A DNA stretch of 63,812 nt, the filler included, from Octopus bimaculoides (taxonomy: Eukaryota): assembly GCF_001194135.2 (NCBI RefSeq). It is 5 parts of 5 records of this genome, joined end to end, with 100 filler letters (N's around TTAATTAATTAA, not from the genome) between each part and the next. Parts side by side here need not be neighbours in the genome. Positions count along the whole stretch, not along the records: positions 43,863 to 63,812 come from NC_068986.1; 4 more parts are not named here. One strand, given 5' to 3'. The stretch's first letter is position 1. The number at the start of each line of letters is the position of its first letter. This document shows, piece after piece, positions 60,271-63,812 of this stretch. The notes under the pieces are model-generated. The model saw only the letters and a program-made list of their open reading frames with translations, ran no database searches and was not told where the DNA came from. A program made the translations under genes and the position numbers.

Positions 60271-61469
60271 CAGTGTGATTTATAGGGTTGTGTGACACAT
60301 CCAGTGCAAGAGTGCTGTGTATTTGGCGGGTCAAAGGTATGGCTACTGTCTTCTCGCTATGCTTACATCTGACAGCCACTGAAACAAGAACCGGAGTCCC
60401 AATCTGGAAATCTCGGCTGGCAATAGACAGCCGCTCCGTGGCCGCAGGAGCTACACAAGATCATAGACAGAGTAATGGTTTATATGCGATCCTGGTAGAT
60501 GTATACCTTGGGATTTATCAACCTCAGCCGTAAATCTATGTAAGGTTAATCCAGAAGACAAGGGATACAGTAGTTCATCTTGAAAGAGAGAGAGAGAAAG
60601 GGAGAGATAGAGAGAGATACAGAAATACGACAACTTTAACAGGAAATAACTTGCGATGTAGGTTTTTTGTTAAGAAGACTAAGAGTAAAAGATGTTTTAT
60701 ATGACACATTCTACCAGTGTCCCAAGTTTCAAAGTGTTTCGTTAAGAAAATATTGGTGCCCCTGTTTTGAACAAGATCCGATGATGCTTCCAATAGCTTG
60801 AAGGAAATTCCAGTTGTCTTGCACATCCCTCCTTATCACTGGATTTGTCTCCTTCACATGATAATAGTTACTAGGAATACAAGCTCCTAATGTGACAACG
60901 AATGATACCCGGCGCCCCGAATGCTACCCAGCGCCCTCCGTCTCACATTTCATTCTTATTAATTAATTGGTAATTATTTCTTGATTACATATCGATTTTA
61001 AATTGTTCATTATCGATCAGTTATTGATATAACAATGACATTCAATAAAGCAAGTATTTAAAGAACGCAAGTATTCGGTAATGAACGGATACCCAGTTTC
61101 GATTATGTCCTTCAATAGCCTTCCGTAGTTACTGTTGATGACTGTAAATCAATGAGACCCGTGTCTGCCGCCTGCACTGAACGGTTTGATGAGAACCATA
61201 AAAACTTAATTAGAAAGTGATGAAATTATATTATACAAAAAAATATAGCAAAGCCCAGAAAGATTTACATGTAATTCTCATTAAACCAGAAACTCTTGTG
61301 TCAGGATAATTATAGTCGAGTTTTGAAACAACACAAAACTCACCACTTCCAACAAAGTCGCAGCTCCATACTTTTCACTCGTTCGTGCTTCTTTCTCTCT
61401 GTTTACGAGTCAAAGTAAAGAGACAGCTATCTCATCCTTTCACTCACTTTTCATTTTTTTTACATTCCC

Positions 61470-61479
61470 CCCTTCCTCT

Positions 61480-61513
<34 letters not shown>

Positions 61514-61596
61514 ACTCTACACCTCTCACTTTCACTTTCTCCCCCTTTCTCTCTCTCTCACACACACATTCCACACCTCTCTCTTTTACTCTCTCC

Positions 61597-61632
<36 letters not shown>

Positions 61633-61747
61633 TACACCTTTTGTCTCTTTCACTCTCTGCCCCTTTCTCTCTCACTCTCTCTTTCACTCTCTGCCACGCT
61701 CTCTCTCACTCTCTCTTTCACTCTCTGCCACGCTCTCTCTCTCTCTC

Positions 61748-61805
<58 letters not shown>
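61470..61805. repeat. (CT)n/(CA)n low-complexity tract
   Basis: Direct inspection. Confidence 0.9.
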
Positions 61806-62474
61806 NNNNNNNNNNNNNNNNNNNNNNNNNNNNNNNNNNNNNNNNNNNNNNNNNNNNNNNNNNNNNNNNNNNNNNNNNNNNNNNNNNNNNNNNNNNNNNN
61901 NNNNNNNNNNNNNNNNNNNNNNNNNNNNNNNNNNNNNNNNNNNNNNNNNNNNNNNNNNNNNNNNNNNNNNNNNNNNNNNNNNNNNNNNNNNNNNNNNNNN
62001 NNNNNNNNNNNNNNNNNNNNNNNNNNNNNNNNNNNNNNNNNNNNNNNNNNNNNNNNNNNNNNNNNNNNNNNNNNNNNNNNNNNNNNNNNNNNNNNNNNNN
62101 NNNNNNNNNNNNNNNNNNNNNNNNNNNNNNNNNNNNNNNNNNNNNNNNNNNNNNNNNNNNNNNNNNNNNNNNNNNNNNNNNNNNNNNNNNNNNNNNNNNN
62201 NNNNNNNNNNNNNNNNNNNNNNNNNNNNNNNNNNNNNNNNNNNNNNNNNNNNNNNNNNNNNNNNNNNNNNNNNNNNNNNNNNNNNNNNNNNNNNNNNNNN
62301 NNNNNNNNNNNNNNNNNNNNNNNNNNNNNNNNNNNNNTATATATATATATATGCGTTTGTGTCTGTGCGCGCACGCGTGGGGGAGTTCGGCTGAAAAGTT
62401 CCAGACATTCTCATGGAATGTGACGAAATAAGGTTTAATTTTCAACATTGTCCATACCGAATGTCTTCATGCAA

Positions 62475-62925
62475 TACCTACCTGATAAGAAACTCAAACT
62501 CAGACACTCTCATGTCCCAGGCGATGGTCCCTTAGAGGGATCGTTGTCAATCACAGTCAAGATCTCACCAACAAATCCAGGAGCTCTTTTCTCATCAGAA
62601 CGATCAGAGGGAGTTTTCCAAGCTGCCGTACCTTCGTAATCACCATTAGACTCGTCCAACTCTTTCTGAATTCTCTGCACTTTCCTCAGATTGATACCCA
62701 AACACTCTGAAATGTTCGTATTGGAGCTTCTGGCGCGAATGCCAGACAGTACAGCATGTCGTTTCCAAATTTCTGGCAGAGTAAATTGCATCATGGTACT
62801 ATTTTTCTCACAGACGGTGCACAACTGATCCTATGATACTGTGTAGCCGACAAAATCAAAAACAAACAATGCATATGCGCGAAATTAAAAATATTAAATG
62901 TTGACAATTTACCCATCGAATCCTG
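62475..62925 (-). mobile_element. maT/DD37D-type transposase 5' fragment (HTH region)
   Basis: EIWKRHAVLSGIRARSSNTNISECLGINLRKVQRIQKELDES...RSDEKRAPGFVGEILTVIDNDPSK; a mariner-like TIR fragment lies at 62378-62460. Confidence 0.7.
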
Positions 62926-62994
62926 AATATATAACACTAAGACGAAACGTTCTTCTTAATTGATGAAGTCTGTCTGTTTGATACAAGACAAGGA

Positions 62995-63230
62995 AACGAA
63001 ATCAACAAGGTAGATATATACGAGGACCTGAAAAGAGAGAGATAAGCAGGTTGTGGGGTTGCAGAAAGGTGAAGTCGTACCAATTGTCAATGGAGCCTTA
63101 GGGACGACAGGCGGAAGGGCTTAAGGAGCTAACAGGAAATATTGGTTTGGAGAAGAACATAGAATACATGCAACTGACCTGCTTGTTAGGAACAGCGAAG
63201 ATCAGTCGAAACTTCCTAGATGGCTCAGTT
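62995..63230 (+). mobile_element. R4-clade LINE extreme 3' end (RLE)
   Basis: YEDLKRE.SRLWGCRKVKVVPIVNGALGT...IEYMQLTCLLGTAKISRNFLD. Confidence 0.8.
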
Positions 63231-63309
63231 CCCAAATTGGTGACTTGTTATCCAAGAATAAACTCACCAAATTCCATCATAGAGGTGAGATACGAAAAAT
63301 TTCGAAATA

Positions 63310-63480
63310 CAGTAATCTCTCGCCATATCGCGATTCACGTATCGTGATTCACCTATCGCGGTTCACCTATCGCGGTTTATTATCTAAGCTAACGTCGATT
63401 CCTCTGTGGTGGTGTTTTGCATTTATAATAAAATAAATATATACAAATTACAAAAATAATTTTTAAAAGTATACAGTACA
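63310..63480 (+). mobile_element. pogo/Tigger-like MITE end with 14-bp subterminal tandem repeats
   Basis: TA|CAGTAATCTCTCGCCATATCGCG, then ATCGCGATTCACGT / ATCGTGATTCACCT / ATCGCGGTTCACCT. Confidence 0.5.
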
Positions 63481-63483
63481 TAG

Positions 63484-63646
63484 GCGCAGGACTGGCTGTA
63501 TGGTAAGTAGCTTGCTCACCAACCACATGGTTCCGGGTTCAGTCTCATTACGTGGCACTTTGGGCAAATGTCTTCTACTATAGCCTCAGGCCGACCAAAG
63601 CCTTCTGTGTGGATTTGGTAGATGGAAAACTGAAAGAAGCCCGTCG

Positions 63647-63681
<35 letters not shown>

Positions 63682-63812
63682 TTGTATCTGTGTATTTGTA
63701 TCTGTGTTTGTCCTTCCCAACATTGCTTGACAACTGATGCTCGTGTGTTTACGTCCCCGTAACTTAGCGGTTCGGCAAAAAGAGACCGATAGAATAAATA
63801 CTAGCCTTAGAA
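63484..63812 (+). mobile_element. SINE family A, truncated by the window end
   Basis: GGCGCAGGACTGGCTGTATGGTAAG...GGTTCGGCAAAAAGAGACCGATAGAAT. Confidence 0.92.

Noticed and set aside
61125-61185. Possible C/D-box snoRNA (TGATGA...CTGA)
   Set aside because: Only about 40 nt between the boxes, no terminal stem, and no recognisable rRNA guide.

Overview
Animal (eukaryotic) draft-genome window, very probably an octopus. This is inferred from recalled octopod tRNA-derived SINE families and the extreme microsatellite load, not from a database search. A large fraction is N-gap, and four 100-nt artificial spacers (44 N + TTAATTAATTAA + 44 N) mark joins of unknown size. Host coding sequence I can support: (1) two in-phase + strand exons (38757-38917, 40627-40863) encoding the N-terminal Vitellogenin_N/LPD-N beta-barrel of a large lipid transfer protein of the apolipophorin/apoB type; (2) a probable large - strand exon (from at least 22918 down to 21611), not reported as one ORF in the supplied track, encoding about 25 copies of a 16-aa G/T/Q/D-rich repeat with synonymous variation between units and a GT donor. 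The rest is mostly mobile DNA. It includes a same-strand nest of R4/Dong-clade (RLE) LINE fragments at (TAA)n tracts (15-21 kb), two Penelope-like remnants with GIY-YIG domains, several degenerate minimal hammerhead-ribozyme motifs, mariner/maT/Tc1 remnants (one full-length with TIRs and TA TSD), RTE LINE ends, many SINE copies, two long intronic fold-back palindromes, and an unidentified decayed reading frame at about 27-30 kb. There is no CRISPR array, rRNA or intact tRNA. I did not find a demonstrably new biological system. The best leads are the repeat exon, the hammerhead motifs and the (TAA)n-associated LINE/non-autonomous element nest. Repeat boundaries are approximate.
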